IMG/VR virus record: IMGVR_UViG_3300045988_049160
Source: a virus
Taxonomy: Duplodnaviria; Heunggongvirae; Uroviricota; Caudoviricetes
Length of the DNA stretch: 25,860 nucleotides
Direction: 5' to 3' (one strand)
Shown here piece by piece: positions 4,937 through 15,209 of the stretch. The notes below the pieces were generated by a model that saw only the letters and a program-made list of their open reading frames with translations, did no database searches and had not been told where the DNA came from. The first letter of the stretch is position 1. Each line of letters starts with the position of its first letter. A program made the translations under genes and the position numbers.

Positions 4937-7411
4937 TTATTGCGGAGTGACATCCTGTGGTCGCCACCAGTATGTCTGGTTAAACTCTTTCTTCGAACGT
5001 TGCTCCATTTTACGCAAATAGCCTGGTGAAAAATACTCCTGCATCTGGTTAAAGATCATGTGATCGAGAGCCGCCTTCAAGTACCAGAGATTCGCACCAG
5101 GCATCAAACCTTTCCCCAGCTTCACCAGATCACCACCAGTCTGCTCACTCTTCCCTTCCACAGCATTTAACGGTATGCCCTGAGCAATCTTCACTACGTC
5201 ATCAACCAGACCAGCTACCGGGCCAAGCATCGACGCCAGCGCGCCGCTTCCGTACCTAGTGTGATCTGACAATAAAAAGTCACCGTAAAGGCCAAGACCA
5301 CCACCTTTCAGTAGAGCACCAAGCCAGAATTTTGCGGCATCTTCTCCTGTCATCTCTCGAGGATTACGACCAGACGCAAGGTCGTTAAGTTGCTGCGACA
5401 AAGCGCCAAGAATGGTCGTACTGGCAATAAACGTCGCAATATATGCCGCACGCCCACCAGCAGACGGCATACCCATAGCGCGTGACCAGTGACGCATAAC
5501 AACCGAGATAGGGAACGATTTAAACAGGAAAACACTTCTCGTTAATTCACCTTTCCATGTTCCACGCTGAATACCAGAACCGGTTATCAGTTGCTCACGT
5601 GCTCCCGGTGTAATAACAGCCATATCAACTTCTTCAGTTACGGCACCGAGCAGTTTACGCATTGCCTCAAATTTCACGCGTTCAGGCTCACCAAGATGTT
5701 TAACTGCTGAATCAGGGATACGCATAATGCTTTCCGGTGTCAGCATCGTATTATTACCGTTCCCCCAGTCCTCCTGTTTCGCCAGCTTCCATACGCTCCA
5801 GTCTGTGTCAGTAATCCCTTTGCTTTTCAGGATACGAAAATCAGAGTCATCGAGGCTACGAAGGTCTGGTGTCCGTGACACTACTTCTCCCAGGCTTCCC
5901 ATCATGGTTACGCCATAGGCGCGCTTGTGCGCATCTGACCATGCTGTAAGCCCACTGGCACGCATTACCGCCGTTGCCGCCCAACGAGACACTGACGGCC
6001 CCATATTATCCATCGCCCAGCGGTTAACGCTGCCAAGTAGAGATTCCATCGCCAGACCAGCGCGGCGCGCCCGCGCAAGTTCTGTACGGTTCGTTGGGTC
6101 CATAGCTTCAAGCTGGTTGCGGAATAACTGGTTCATTGGAAGGTTGGTAACCTTCGCAGACAGATACATGGTTCCAAGATCAGAGAACGATGACAGCAAC
6201 GCGGATCCGAGTCTGCTGGCAACCAGCCAGTTGCGGATATTGTCAGACCATCGCGCGATGTGCGGATTCGCTACAGGCTGTGTCTTTCCGGAAATAAAGT
6301 TGTACAGATTCTCTGTGTTGTTCGCCAGCCGCTCGACTTTACCGGTTTTACTCGGGTTAGCTGTTGCCGTTTCTGCCTTCACCTGATCAAGAAGAGAGCG
6401 GAAAACATGATCGGGGTTTGGGCCATATGTTTCCACCAGTGCAATATCTTTACTGATACCTTCCAGGTGACCGACCATGATTTCCCATAGAGAGCGATCG
6501 CCATAAAGTTGCTGATATTGCAGATAGGAATCTGCATCTTTGAAATGTATCTGTCGTGATGCATTACCACGGTTAGCACGTGCGCCGGAAATTCGCATTC
6601 CGGTATCAGTAAGCTTATTCAGCCCACCAGTAGCGATCGTGTTATAAGCCTCTCCAAGAAATGAAGACAACTCGGCATCGTTCATCAGTTGTCCATCGGC
6701 TCGGATATAATATTTGCGATCCAGCTTACCTATAACATCGCTAACCCACTTATCCTTTGATACTGCCCCAACCTTTTCCATAGAATGATGTTGAGGGATC
6801 CCCCAGTTTTCGAGATAGCCAATGTCCCCACCAGCATCATTAAACCGGCGGCGCAGCAGCTCTGTAACTTCTCTCCACGCCTTAGCACCGTTTCTTGCTT
6901 TAGCATTGCCAGTATTTTGCCCCCGCATTTCATATACCAGGTCACGTACGCCCGCTTCATCTTCAAACAGACCAAAAAAGCGAGGATCAACTGCTTCGAA
7001 TGCCTCCTGCAATTGACTCAATGCATAATCACGGGTGGCTTTTGTTCTGGATTCAACAGAGAGGAAATTAGATTTACCGTCTGCATTAAAAGCTATAGTA
7101 CGGTTAAGAGCGCCAAGTTTCCCATCAGCCCCTTGATAGCTATTGATAAATTTATCCAATCTCTGACGCGCGGCTATAGTGAGAGCCACACGACGTTTCT
7201 TTAATGCCGCTTCTCGCTGTAATTCTTCAGATGCCAATTGTGCTGCTCGATATAGCCGCTCTGATTCGGAAAGTTGTCGCCACGACATAGGGTCATCACG
7301 AGCAATGGAGCGCATATTTCGATAAATGCGGTCTTCAATGTTCTGTATTTCTCGCGCCGTTAACATGCGCTGCGCCGCCTGCTGAACCGCTTGTATACAT
7401 TCCTGTCTCAT
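4937..7411 (-). CDS. Internal virion / DNA-ejection protein, C-terminal region resembling T7 gp16 (internal virion protein D)
   Basis: 824-aa ORF, translationally coupled to the upstream gene; C-terminal segment VFLFKSFPISVVMRHW...ALSQQLNDL...GPVAGLVDDV resembles the remembered T7 gp16 C-terminus (VMQFKSFTIKSLNSKF...). Confidence 0.5.
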   Translation of the reverse strand: MRQECIQAVQQAAQRMLTAREIQNIEDRIYRNMRSIARDDPMSWRQLSESERLYRAAQLASEELQREAALKKRRVALTIAARQRLDKFINSYQGADGKLGALNRTIAFNADGKSNFLSVESRTKATRDYALSQLQEAFEAVDPRFFGLFEDEAGVRDLVYEMRGQNTGNAKARNGAKAWREVTELLRRRFNDAGGDIGYLENWGIPQHHSMEKVGAVSKDKWVSDVIGKLDRKYYIRADGQLMNDAELSSFLGEAYNTIATGGLNKLTDTGMRISGARANRGNASRQIHFKDADSYLQYQQLYGDRSLWEIMVGHLEGISKDIALVETYGPNPDHVFRSLLDQVKAETATANPSKTGKVERLANNTENLYNFISGKTQPVANPHIARWSDNIRNWLVASRLGSALLSSFSDLGTMYLSAKVTNLPMNQLFRNQLEAMDPTNRTELARARRAGLAMESLLGSVNRWAMDNMGPSVSRWAATAVMRASGLTAWSDAHKRAYGVTMMGSLGEVVSRTPDLRSLDDSDFRILKSKGITDTDWSVWKLAKQEDWGNGNNTMLTPESIMRIPDSAVKHLGEPERVKFEAMRKLLGAVTEEVDMAVITPGAREQLITGSGIQRGTWKGELTRSVFLFKSFPISVVMRHWSRAMGMPSAGGRAAYIATFIASTTILGALSQQLNDLASGRNPREMTGEDAAKFWLGALLKGGGLGLYGDFLLSDHTRYGSGALASMLGPVAGLVDDVVKIAQGIPLNAVEGKSEQTGGDLVKLGKGLMPGANLWYLKAALDHMIFNQMQEYFSPGYLRKMEQRSKKEFNQTYWWRPQDVTPQ

Positions 7412-7416
7412 TTAAT

Positions 7417-9219
7417 TTAACCTCTCAAGAAACACGCCACAGCGACATCAAACAGGCTGGAATCCTGTATTGCCTGCTCACTTTCCCTGTTCGCTTCATC
7501 CAGTGCTTCACGCGCACTGCGCGATTGTGGATTACCATCATCATCCAGCACGGTGATTATCATGTCCGGAGATTCAAGCAGCGAGTCTTCAGCTATACGC
7601 AGATCAATATCTCCTGCCGGATCTGCCATCATTTTTTGTTCTGTCTGTTGCAATATCTTACCGGGCTCAAAAGGAGCTACTTCGTCTGGCGTCCTGACCT
7701 CTGCTGTTTTATAGAATGAAACAGCCTGAGTATTAAGTTCACTTTCAGCCTGCTGTCTCCGTGCCAGTTCTGCTCGAGCTTCAAAAAACTGACCGCCAGG
7801 CTCATGCGGTGCCAACGCGTTACGAGAAAATTCCAGGCGTTCTTGTGCCTGCCGGATTCGTTGGTCAATATCGCGAAGTCTGGCCTGTTTATCTGATCGA
7901 GCACGAGATAAAGCCTTACCGCTACCGGCTGGATCTTCTGCAAGAATTTGTGCGCGCTGTTCAGTGAGATTTTCAATAATTCGTTGGCTATTAGCGATTT
8001 CAGACTGGTAAACCTGTCTATCGCCACGCGGCAAAAGCTGCGCGGCCTGTTCTTCAAGCAACCGATTTTCTATAGCGCGCGCCGTTACTCCATCATCTAC
8101 AGATGACAGAGCCTCATTAACTGCCTGAGACAGCAGACTCTTGCGTCCAGGAATTTCACTGAAAGATGCAGACTCAACAATGCTGGCAACGTCTACAGGT
8201 CTCCCCTGGCTAACATCAGACATGGCTTTTCGCAGAGCCTGAATGTGCGAATTACGCGAAAGCACGTTGATCGGCACGCCGGGAGCAATATCAATTTCAG
8301 CATGATGAGCGGCATTCGCCGCCAGTGCAGCATCGATATCAACTGGTGAAAAATTTGGTGCGCTTGTAGACTCGCCGCGAGAGTTAATAAATCTGCCGAC
8401 ACCACCAAACGCCACCCCAAGAACAGCATCAATAGCAATTGCCTGTCGATCCAACACATCATACTGGTTAGCCATTTCGCTATAGCCACCATCACGAAGC
8501 GTTTTTGCAGTAAGCCCACGCTGTGCCATACCGAACGCAATATTTGTACCTGCGGCATAGGCAATATCTGGCGTTGCACGTACTGCTGTTGCTGCGGCGC
8601 GTCGCACTGAACTTTCACCCGTCCGCGCAAGCTGAGCCGCCACACCTTCCGCCAGCGCACCACCAGCACGTAACCCGAGGCTCATAGGGATCAGTGTTCC
8701 GGCACCAGCAGTAATACCCTGCACTAATCCCGCTTCCTGCGCCGTCCTGAAATCAACACCCTGTGCTGTCAGCCGTTCAAACTCAGAAAAACCCTGTAGA
8801 GAAGTTACCGCCGCAGCACCTCCGACCGGACCACCGAGCGTTGTACCGACAACAGCCTGCCCGCCCATATCGAACAACCCATAAAGAACCTGCCCGGCGG
8901 TTCCGGTTGTCGCGGCATCAGGCGTCAGCCGCTTAACCTGCTGTTCTGCTAGTTTTCTCTGCTCGGCAATGTATGAAACTGAAGTATCATTGAGCGAGGT
9001 GTTTTCGTTAATAAACTGAGCAATCGGGGATACGATTTTATCCATCCCTGCCCATAGCAACTGATCTGGCTTTGCCACCAGCCCGGAGTACAAACCAGAC
9101 AATGCCGCTCCTACAGCATTGTCGAAAAAACCAACATCGCTGTTAAAGCCCGCTGGATTTGATGCTGCTTCGTCAAGCTGCTGATTCTGGTTTACTGGAT
9201 TAAGGCCAAAGTAACTCAT
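7417..9219 (-). CDS. Internal virion / ejection protein (Gly/Ala-rich, 600 aa)
   Basis: ATG overlaps the upstream stop (ATGA); position between the gp14-like and gp16-like genes; Gly/Ala-rich composition. Confidence 0.4.
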   Translation of the reverse strand: MSYFGLNPVNQNQQLDEAASNPAGFNSDVGFFDNAVGAALSGLYSGLVAKPDQLLWAGMDKIVSPIAQFINENTSLNDTSVSYIAEQRKLAEQQVKRLTPDAATTGTAGQVLYGLFDMGGQAVVGTTLGGPVGGAAAVTSLQGFSEFERLTAQGVDFRTAQEAGLVQGITAGAGTLIPMSLGLRAGGALAEGVAAQLARTGESSVRRAAATAVRATPDIAYAAGTNIAFGMAQRGLTAKTLRDGGYSEMANQYDVLDRQAIAIDAVLGVAFGGVGRFINSRGESTSAPNFSPVDIDAALAANAAHHAEIDIAPGVPINVLSRNSHIQALRKAMSDVSQGRPVDVASIVESASFSEIPGRKSLLSQAVNEALSSVDDGVTARAIENRLLEEQAAQLLPRGDRQVYQSEIANSQRIIENLTEQRAQILAEDPAGSGKALSRARSDKQARLRDIDQRIRQAQERLEFSRNALAPHEPGGQFFEARAELARRQQAESELNTQAVSFYKTAEVRTPDEVAPFEPGKILQQTEQKMMADPAGDIDLRIAEDSLLESPDMIITVLDDDGNPQSRSAREALDEANRESEQAIQDSSLFDVAVACFLRG

Positions 9220-11729
9220 TGCGGAATATCTCCGGAGAATCTCTGACGCTTCTGTGTCAGATCAAGAACAACGGGAGAACCATCATCTTTTAGCAGATAA
9301 CCAGTACCAAGTTTCACCAGGTACTGACTATCGCCGTAACTTTGCAAACCATACTGACCAGGCGGTGTTTTTATCCCTGTGCCAACAACTTGTTCATTCC
9401 AAGCCTGATTAACCTGCTTATCGAATTGCTCTGCAGACATTCCCCACGGCAAAAGAACATTCCCCATTCCGTTATAGTCATGCACGCCACCTGTAGCTAC
9501 GTTAACAGCCTGTTTCCAGATATCATTGTCAATTTCGCCTGATACCACGCCTTTTTTCGCCATCACACCAGCGTAATAGTCCTTTGCGATCTCGTATGCC
9601 ATTGATGCCCCCTGAGCATCACCAGCAAATGCATCCTTAACCATGTCAGAAAACTCAAGGCGGAGATCAGCATCTTTAGGCATCGGAATACCTTTCGCGT
9701 CATCAGTACCTTTACGAGCCGCCGCGCCAGCAAGAATTGTCTGCGCAGCGGTTTCAGGAGACACGGAAACATCCGGATTAAACCAGTTTTTTTCTGCCAA
9801 AATACCACCTGGCTTATCCATCAGTATCCCGGCAACGGCAGCAGATGGAGCGTTGGCACTGATCTGCTGTAGTGCTGACATATACACCTGCCCACCACCA
9901 GTGCTCTGCCTGATGGTATCGAGATATGCTGCCTGTTGGGAAACGGGCGCATCACGAAAGAAAACACCGATCTGATTGGCCTCGTCTTTGGAAAAGAACG
10001 TCAGTGGAGTGCCATATGACTTAGCAAGGTCACTGACCTGAGCAGCACGCAAGGCAACGCTCTGTCCAAAGTTATCCTTATTGCTCATGTCGATAGGCTT
10101 TGTCTGTCCTGCGGCAAGAGAGAACTGTACAGGATCAGCCTGTCGCTGCTTTATCACCTGACTTGCAGCCGACACAACGTTGTCATAAAGAGCGGCTCGT
10201 GCCGCATAACCCTCCCCTGTCTCACCAGTATCCGGGCGTAATTGCTCAACATATGCTGTAATGCTGCTTGTCGGCATGTTGCGGAAAGAGCCTATATACT
10301 GTCCGGCGATTTGCGTATTTCTGAACTCGGTATATCGCAGGTTTCCTTCTCTTACTCCATAAGCTGCAATAAAATCAGCCTCACCAGGTGGGTTAGGAAA
10401 TTCAACGCCACGCATATACGCAGCTGTCGCATCGCGAACCTGGCTGTCAATCATCGTTTTATATTCAGCCTGCTGCTGCCGACGCAGTTGATCCGCCTGT
10501 CGCATAAAACTTGCCTGCGCCTCAGGAGATGCCGCATCGAATGCTGCATTACCGGTATAGCGTTTGGTGTTGGTTGGAATTGTTGATAAACCAAGTGCTG
10601 CACTGACACCAGCAGTTAACTGCTGATCACTGTATGGCTGGCTACCGTTCTCATGATGGATAATGGCTGCACAAAGCGCCTTCAGGGTATCAGGATTAGA
10701 TGCATCGAGAGGCTCATCAGCAGAAACGCCAAGTTGTTCGCACACTGCTTTGATATACGACATAGTGTCATTTTTATCAGCAGGCGGTGCCCAGCGATTA
10801 ATTATCTCGCTGACGGTATCAATACCCTGCCTCTGATACGACATCAGGTTCCGCCCTAATGCACGAATCCCGTGTTCAGGTGTTTCGAATTTAGCAAATC
10901 GACCATCATCACCGGTCTGGCCTACCCACGGATTAGTTTTGCTGTATTCGAGATTTCCTGGGTTATTGTTGCGTATGCCACGGGCACGCTCGGAAGAGTC
11001 ACTATCTGCTACAGCACGGCGAGCTCCAGCAGCAGTATCACTTAACTCGCCATTACTTTGGATGAATGCGGTCGCATTGTTTGCCGACCACTGGGACAAT
11101 GCAGCATCAGCAACCTTCTCTTTAAACTCGATTTTCTTGGCCTGGATTTGCTCGTTGCTCCAGCCATGTGCAACACCGTACTCCTCAATTTGCTGGAAAG
11201 TTTGTTTGTTAGCCAATACGTATGCGGCGTTGTCGCCATACAATACTGCGGCATTTTTACCATTGTTCAGCAGTGTCGCCTGAAACTGGCCTTCTTCGTA
11301 GGCATTAATTTGCCCTATCTCGTGTCGCCCGGCCTGCGTAGTGAACTGAATGCGCTGCTGCTGCGCCTGCTGCATGAAAGCATTACGAGCCTGTTCATCC
11401 GGCAGCGACATAGCCAGTTGTTCGACCTGAGCATCAAACTGCTGCGTATACTCATGGCCTTTTCCAATAGCATTTTTCCCTTTCAGGTTAAGCAATCCTG
11501 TTTCAGGATTATTCAGCAGATCGCTGCTTATCTGACTGAGGTTAAGAGATGCCTCCTGAGCCAGAGCAATATTGGCACGCTGTTTTGCCTGCCCCAAAAC
11601 ATCAATTGCCTCTGTCCCTGCCCGAACAAAAGCATCACCAATACCTTGCTGAGAAAACGTCTGCAAGCCTGCTGACTGAACTCCACGACTCTCAACCTGA
11701 CGTCCGGATACTGTTGGTACGACTGGCAT
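9216..11729 (-). CDS. Internal virion protein (about 837 aa) with central conserved domain containing the motif RNNNPGNLEY...RWAPP (possible enzymatic, perhaps cell-wall-active, domain)
   Basis: Start re-assigned to ATG at 11729 (Met26 of the track ORF), which overlaps the upstream TAA by one base and has a GGAGGA RBS; the track start would overlap the upstream gene by 75 nt. Confidence 0.5.
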   Translation of the reverse strand: MPVVPTVSGRQVESRGVQSAGLQTFSQQGIGDAFVRAGTEAIDVLGQAKQRANIALAQEASLNLSQISSDLLNNPETGLLNLKGKNAIGKGHEYTQQFDAQVEQLAMSLPDEQARNAFMQQAQQQRIQFTTQAGRHEIGQINAYEEGQFQATLLNNGKNAAVLYGDNAAYVLANKQTFQQIEEYGVAHGWSNEQIQAKKIEFKEKVADAALSQWSANNATAFIQSNGELSDTAAGARRAVADSDSSERARGIRNNNPGNLEYSKTNPWVGQTGDDGRFAKFETPEHGIRALGRNLMSYQRQGIDTVSEIINRWAPPADKNDTMSYIKAVCEQLGVSADEPLDASNPDTLKALCAAIIHHENGSQPYSDQQLTAGVSAALGLSTIPTNTKRYTGNAAFDAASPEAQASFMRQADQLRRQQQAEYKTMIDSQVRDATAAYMRGVEFPNPPGEADFIAAYGVREGNLRYTEFRNTQIAGQYIGSFRNMPTSSITAYVEQLRPDTGETGEGYAARAALYDNVVSAASQVIKQRQADPVQFSLAAGQTKPIDMSNKDNFGQSVALRAAQVSDLAKSYGTPLTFFSKDEANQIGVFFRDAPVSQQAAYLDTIRQSTGGGQVYMSALQQISANAPSAAVAGILMDKPGGILAEKNWFNPDVSVSPETAAQTILAGAAARKGTDDAKGIPMPKDADLRLEFSDMVKDAFAGDAQGASMAYEIAKDYYAGVMAKKGVVSGEIDNDIWKQAVNVATGGVHDYNGMGNVLLPWGMSAEQFDKQVNQAWNEQVVGTGIKTPPGQYGLQSYGDSQYLVKLGTGYLLKDDGSPVVLDLTQKRQRFSGDIPQ

Positions 11730-12274
11730 TATAATCCTCCGGGTAATCTGGTTCCTGCTGCTGCCCCGATTGGCGCAGGAGTGCTTTGAGTAAACGGACT
11801 CCACGTCCCACCAAACATCTGGTACGCACCGTATGCCTTCAGAGGCGCAGTGAGCAATGTTGTTGCTGCTCCCACATTCCCCTGTTTACGGGCTGAACTG
11901 GCTTCTGCTTTATAGTTGGCAGCCTGAACCTGATAACCGTAAGCCTCGCGTTGCGCGTTATTCACCGTCGTCAGCGAATCAAGAGCGCCAAACTGGGCAG
12001 TGTCGCCAAATATATCCAGCGCGTTACCTGTAGATAAATCAGCGCCGGTAGCCCCCATTGTCGCCGCCTGTGTACCAAGCCGCTGTCGGGTCTCTCTGCG
12101 TCGTTGCTCAGCTTCAGCGTTACCTCTGTTTATTGCATCATTTGCCTGAGCTGTGGCTATATCTGCGTTCGCTTCTGCAACCTTCGAGGCATACTTTCCC
12201 TGTTGGTACTGGGTGTATGCCTGAATGCCACTCATGGCGAGCATTGCGCCACCAGCAATAACCGGATCGCACAT
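11729..12274 (-). CDS. Internal virion protein, T7 gp14-like (internal virion protein B)
   Basis: 181 aa, starts MCDPVIAGGAMLAMSGIQAY... and is Ala/Gln-rich like remembered T7 gp14 (MCWAAAIPIAISGAQAISGQ...); conserved position after the tail tubular genes. Confidence 0.45.
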   Translation of the reverse strand: MCDPVIAGGAMLAMSGIQAYTQYQQGKYASKVAEANADIATAQANDAINRGNAEAEQRRRETRQRLGTQAATMGATGADLSTGNALDIFGDTAQFGALDSLTTVNNAQREAYGYQVQAANYKAEASSARKQGNVGAATTLLTAPLKAYGAYQMFGGTWSPFTQSTPAPIGAAAGTRLPGGL

Positions 12275-12738
12275 TATTTTCTCTCCATGTGAAATCTGTG
12301 GAAATTAAGACCAAGAGCACCATAAGGCGCGGCTTCTTCAAGCCTGAATCCAAGCCAGTGCAGCCATGCTTTGGCAACATGGTTTCGCTCGTCGACATAG
12401 TTTTCCAGGCGCGGATAAACTGCCAGCATCTGCTGCAATACAGGGCGGCAGTGGCGAAGAAATGTCTTCTGATATTTTTCGATACGGCTGGTTCCGACCA
12501 GCCAGGGCGTACCATTGCCACCGATCATTGACGCCGGAGATACGCCAAACATGGTTACCAGTTCTCCGTTCGCGAACCCTGACCAGGCCATAGTCGCAGT
12601 ACGCAGACCAACACGCAGCGCATCTTTGGTAGTCATCAGCGATACCGCATACAGTTCGTCAATATCAGCCTGACGAACATCCGGCAAAATCATCTGAAGA
12701 TGCTCTTCGGTAGCGGGAATAATTTGAACATCGATCAT
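12274..12738 (-). CDS. Small virion-associated protein in the gp13 position (internal virion protein A-like), 154 aa
   Basis: Translationally coupled on both sides; call by gene order only. Confidence 0.3.
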   Translation of the reverse strand: MIDVQIIPATEEHLQMILPDVRQADIDELYAVSLMTTKDALRVGLRTATMAWSGFANGELVTMFGVSPASMIGGNGTPWLVGTSRIEKYQKTFLRHCRPVLQQMLAVYPRLENYVDERNHVAKAWLHWLGFRLEEAAPYGALGLNFHRFHMERK

Positions 12739-15209
12739 CAGAATCCCCCAACAGTAAGGCGAGGAATAACGGCAAGAACAGACAGCGGCAACGGGTCAAG
12801 CTGACGGATTTTTACACGCCCGTTTTTGCCCCAGTTACTGTCCAGTTTCACTTCTACTTTTCCGGTAGCATCATCAACAGGATCATCGTAGAACTCGAAT
12901 TCACGCTGTGGATATTCGTGCCATTTACCGCCGGGCGTAGTCGCCCAGATGCCGCGACTGGCATTCACAACCAGAGTAACGGACGGGATCACCTGTTTTT
13001 TGTCCAGCAGCGTTTCCTGTCCGTTAATGTTGATATCCAGTGTTTCGAATTCAGCAGTTATTGGCAGGCCGATGTGCACTACAGCCCCCGGTGATTCCAG
13101 CGTGACGGCACCTCCGGAAACCACTTTCTGTGGTTCCACGTTCGCATCAGAGAGAATGTTTACGGTCTGGCCTTCAAGATGAGACAGGCCTCCAAATGTC
13201 CGGCGCGCCATCTGCCAGTTCGTGGTGGCCACATTCCTGAGGGATGGCGGGACGTTCCTGTTAGCACGAACCACTACAGCGGTATTGCTGGTTACAGAAA
13301 TAATGTCGCAACGTAATTCTTTTGACACCTCATCGCCAGTATCAGGATCAGTTCCGGTATAAGGGAACTGTAGTTGCGCGCCGACATCACTACTGGTGAA
13401 GTACGCACCACCAGAAACACTGATTGTATATTCCGCGCGGTAATCCCATTCGCCAGAACCACCAGTGATGATCATCGTTCTGTCAGACGTATTTCTTCCA
13501 TCATAGCTAAGGCCAGAATCAACAAAGAAAGCATCTTCATCGCTGGTAAATAAACGGCTGGACAGTCGCTCGATGTATCTCACTGTTTGCCCGTTAACGG
13601 TTCGGTTAACGACGAAATACACCGCATCTTCATTGCCTTCGCTGATACTGCATGTGCTTTCATATTTTCCGGTACTGGATTGTGGTGCCCATGCAAAAAC
13701 CTGCTGATCACGCAAATAGGTCATCACCAGTAATTTACCGTCATCACGGATGCAGAAGGCGCTGGAGTAAGGGACTATTGAGAAGCACCAGTCAACAATG
13801 CTGTGCTTCTGAAAAAGATGATTGGCAAGGATAGTAAGGTCGTTCCCCTGATAGCCGTCAACATCGAATGAGTAGGCCAGATCACGGACAACACTGCCTT
13901 TCTCCTGGACGAACAGAGCAATATTCGCCACGGCAATTGGTGGGACATTGCTCGAGCCATTTGATCCCTGAGAGCTGAATGCAAATGGTGATGGGGTAAG
14001 CACTTTGTTCTGGTCGCCAGTGATGACGTACTCACCTCCGGAAGTCAGCGCCACCAGCGAACCAACATCAATCAGGTGGCGGATCTCATTAACCTGACGC
14101 CCGGCATAGGTGTAGATAATTCTGTCGTCATCCTGCGTAGGATTGCTTTTGCCAAAATCCTTATAATCCCCGGTACGGCTGGCCCAGATAGTCTGAGGAA
14201 ACGCAGTCGATGCGGCGAAGTAAAGACGTTGTTGATAATAAACAACAGTGCCAGGATAACCATTAACACTGTTCCAGGCATATTTAGCCCATTTATAGCT
14301 GGCATTATCCTCGCCAACTACCTGCGAAGGGATATAGGAAATCACCTCGGCAGTTGCAGTAGTTCCATTTGCAGCAGAGATACGGGCAATGCCAAAACCA
14401 CTGTGCAGATACTCCCACTCAATGCCGGTATCATCATCACCGGATCCGCCCCAGCCATCCCATGATGTGCCTTCTGTATGCGAAGGGCGCAAAGTGCCTG
14501 TTTTGCCTACTGTAACGGCGCGATAGTAGTTACTGTCTGCACGGCGAATATCGCCAATTGACGTACTCTTACTGGTTTCCCATACCGGCACAGAATCCAC
14601 TGCAGGCTGTTCCAGATAGAACAATTTGCCTACCTGCTCCGCGCCAAAAATAGAGGCGCTTGCCGTTAACGTAATTGTCCCGGTGCTGGCGCTGGCATAA
14701 ACCGTCACTGACTCGTCAATATTGATATCTTCAAATGGTCCGTTCTTCGTTACCACATCAACCAGTTGCCAGTTGTCATGCGCATAGCGACGCAACTCTT
14801 TCGGCGGGTATGCCGGATGAACAAGCGTAAGCACGTCGGCGCTTTGCGTGAATTTAATTCGGAACAGATCGGCTTCAGTATATGGCGTGGCAATTTCATA
14901 AATAACATTGCTGCTGTTCAGCACCAACGCACCATCTTTGATAACGCGCATGTACTGGTGTCCGAACTCCAGAGCATAGGTCTGAACCGTCGAGAACTGG
15001 AACGGGATCAGGCGGCATTTCCGATTTGGGTATTTGGCGGCACCGACAAAACGCGTACCTGGTCGATTCTCAACGCCGCCATACTGCCGCACGATAAAGT
15101 TATCGCACTTGCGCAATGCCACCTGGTACTTCGCCATGTCAATACGCCCGTACAACGACGGTCCAATCTCACCACCGGCAAAGCTGGGCTGGATCCAACT
15201 GATAGCCAT
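12738..15209 (-). CDS. Tail tubular protein B (T7 gp12-like), 823 aa
   Basis: Size and position directly after the gp11-like gene; N-terminus MAISWIQPSFAGGEIGPSLYGRID... Confidence 0.55.
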   Translation of the reverse strand: MAISWIQPSFAGGEIGPSLYGRIDMAKYQVALRKCDNFIVRQYGGVENRPGTRFVGAAKYPNRKCRLIPFQFSTVQTYALEFGHQYMRVIKDGALVLNSSNVIYEIATPYTEADLFRIKFTQSADVLTLVHPAYPPKELRRYAHDNWQLVDVVTKNGPFEDINIDESVTVYASASTGTITLTASASIFGAEQVGKLFYLEQPAVDSVPVWETSKSTSIGDIRRADSNYYRAVTVGKTGTLRPSHTEGTSWDGWGGSGDDDTGIEWEYLHSGFGIARISAANGTTATAEVISYIPSQVVGEDNASYKWAKYAWNSVNGYPGTVVYYQQRLYFAASTAFPQTIWASRTGDYKDFGKSNPTQDDDRIIYTYAGRQVNEIRHLIDVGSLVALTSGGEYVITGDQNKVLTPSPFAFSSQGSNGSSNVPPIAVANIALFVQEKGSVVRDLAYSFDVDGYQGNDLTILANHLFQKHSIVDWCFSIVPYSSAFCIRDDGKLLVMTYLRDQQVFAWAPQSSTGKYESTCSISEGNEDAVYFVVNRTVNGQTVRYIERLSSRLFTSDEDAFFVDSGLSYDGRNTSDRTMIITGGSGEWDYRAEYTISVSGGAYFTSSDVGAQLQFPYTGTDPDTGDEVSKELRCDIISVTSNTAVVVRANRNVPPSLRNVATTNWQMARRTFGGLSHLEGQTVNILSDANVEPQKVVSGGAVTLESPGAVVHIGLPITAEFETLDININGQETLLDKKQVIPSVTLVVNASRGIWATTPGGKWHEYPQREFEFYDDPVDDATGKVEVKLDSNWGKNGRVKIRQLDPLPLSVLAVIPRLTVGGF

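Noticed and set aside
4765-4953. 62-aa minus-strand ORF as called in the track
   Set aside because: None of its Met codons has a Shine-Dalgarno; an overlapping frame starting at 4925 has AAAAGGAG and is preferred. Both remain unverified.
5350-8669. Multiple short ORFs on both strands inside the large ejection-protein genes (e.g. 5350..5535, 5925..6386, 6785..7204, 7677..8057, 8193..8669)
   Set aside because: All are nested in or antisense to long, translationally coupled genes; typical shadow ORFs.
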